Positions 62,770-64,000 of a DNA stretch of 64,000 nt are shown one piece after another. The position numbers and the translations under genes were made by a program. The stretch's first letter is position 1, and every line of letters begins with the position of its first letter. The notes under the pieces are model-generated. The model searched no databases. It saw nothing but the letters and a program-made list of their open reading frames with translations, and was not told where the DNA came from. This stretch comes from Bacillota bacterium (lineage in GTDB: Bacteria > Bacillota > Clostridia > Peptostreptococcales > Natronincolaceae): the NCBI GenBank assembly GCA_023387935.1, contig JAEWHG010000131.1, positions 15,278 through 79,277 of the forward strand, written 5' to 3'.

Positions 62770-64000
62770 ATGTCGGATTCTATAAATCAGATTAAGAATC
62801 AATTTAATGAGTATTTACAAGGTTTAGATAAAAATAAGAAGATTATGATAGCATCATCTACCATATTTACACTTTTAGCATTAACAGGAATTATATATTA
62901 TTTTTCACGTCCTGAATACGTTGAATTATATAGCAACCTCAGACCCGAGCAAACGGGTGAAATTTTAGAAACATTAGAGACTAATAGTATACAGGCTAAA
63001 ATTGGTGAAACTAGTGGTGTTATTCTAGTTCCTAAGTCAGATGAAAAGAGAGCTCAAGTTGTAGTAGCTACTGAAGGGCTTCCATCTGCAAAGTTTTCTT
63101 TCGAAGATGTGTTTTCAGGTAATTCCTTTATGATGACAAGTGAAGAAAGAGCTAAACAATATGTGTATGCTCTTCAAAATTATCTAGCAAGTATTATAGA
63201 GGAAATTAATGGAATCAAAAGTGCTAATGTGGCTTTAGTTGTGCCTGAAAACTCTGGTTTTGTTCTTAAAAACAACCAAAACATAGCAAAAGCATCAGTT
63301 AGATTACAACTTGAAGGCAATGCCACTCTAGATAATAACAGCATAAATGGCATTGCTATTTTAGTGTCAAATGCAGTTGAAGGACTTCTACCAGAAAATG
63401 TAACAATACACGGTAATGATGGCAGAGTTCTAAATCAAAATTCTCAGGAAAATTTAGATGTTTTTAATTCAAATAGCAATATGGCCCTTCAACAAAGTGT
63501 GAAGGATGAACTTGAAGAAAGTATTACTAATTTTTTATCCAATGTTTATGGTTATGGAAATGTAGTTGTTATGGCAAATGTTAAACTGGATTTTGATAGT
63601 GAGGTAACAGAAATAAAAGAATTCTCACCGCCTATTGAAGGTGAAACAACAGGCATACCTAGAAGTTTGCAGGAACTGAGTCGAAATTCAGCAAATGGTG
63701 GAACTGGTGGAGCGCCAGGAACCCCTACAAATACAGATGAAAATACGGATCCTTCTCAGTATGTAGTAGGTGAGGAAGAAAATTCAACCTATGCAGAAGC
63801 AAGCAAGACAATCAACTATGAAATCAATGAACTTTACAAAAAAATTATTAAGGCCCAAGGACAAGTTAAGGATATCACTGTGGCAGTTTTTATTAATAGT
63901 GCAGCCTTAACTGATGGCGATTTAACTACAGAACAGAAAGCAGACTTAACGAATATTATTTCTGCAGCAGCAGGCCTGGATACAAAAGTAGTTCAAGTTG
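62770..64000 (+). CDS. fliF: Flagellar M-ring protein FliF, 5' part (truncated by window edge; not in ORF track)
   Basis: GAGGTG RBS, then MSDSINQIKNQF..., TM helix, RPEYVELYSNL, A.V.L..P, AKASV, LVSNAVEGL.PENVTI; follows fliE. Confidence 0.93.
   Translation, partial: MSDSINQIKNQFNEYLQGLDKNKKIMIASSTIFTLLALTGIIYYFSRPEYVELYSNLRPEQTGEILETLETNSIQAKIGETSGVILVPKSDEKRAQVVVATEGLPSAKFSFEDVFSGNSFMMTSEERAKQYVYALQNYLASIIEEINGIKSANVALVVPENSGFVLKNNQNIAKASVRLQLEGNATLDNNSINGIAILVSNAVEGLLPENVTIHGNDGRVLNQNSQENLDVFNSNSNMALQQSVKDELEESITNFLSNVYGYGNVVVMANVKLDFDSEVTEIKEFSPPIEGETTGIPRSLQELSRNSANGGTGGAPGTPTNTDENTDPSQYVVGEEENSTYAEASKTINYEINELYKKIIKAQGQVKDITVAVFINSAALTDGDLTTEQKADLTNIISAAAGLDTKVVQV

Overview
AT-rich core-chromosome segment of a spore-forming, flagellated clostridial Firmicute. 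An Alkaliphilus/Peptostreptococcales-like organism is plausible from gene order and the acidic FtsY N-terminus, but this is inference. Almost all genes lie on the + strand in the conserved Firmicute order: mtnN(3' end)-aroF-DUF5665-yteA-lspA-rluD-pyrR, rqcH(-), dapF-yloC-remA-gmk-rpoZ-coaBC-priA-def-fmt-DUF116-yugP-rsmB-rlmN-stp-pknB-rsgA-rpe-thiN, rpmB(-), asp23-fakA-recG-rsmD-coaD, ylbJ(-), tmcAL(-), ackA-yceD-rpmF, the FapR fatty-acid operon, rnc-radical SAM-smc-ftsY-ylxM-ffh-rpsP-khpA-rimM-trmD-rplS-rbgA-rnhB-yraN-comM-dprA-topA-codY, and the start of the flagellar operon (flgB-flgC-fliE-fliF partial). I found no prophage, transposase, CRISPR array, rRNA/tRNA or defence island, and no convincing large novel system. 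The best leads are small. They are an uncalled 54-aa two-helix membrane protein at the position spoVM usually occupies, a 79-bp diverged tandem repeat in front of rnc, and a 61-bp palindromic MITE-like insert before priA. There is also a sigmaH-type promoter ahead of comM-dprA, a terminator built from the last codons of two convergent genes, and several uncharacterised conserved genes. Many start codons were moved from the ORF track to the RBS-supported position. All product calls are from recognition of motifs and synteny, not database searches.
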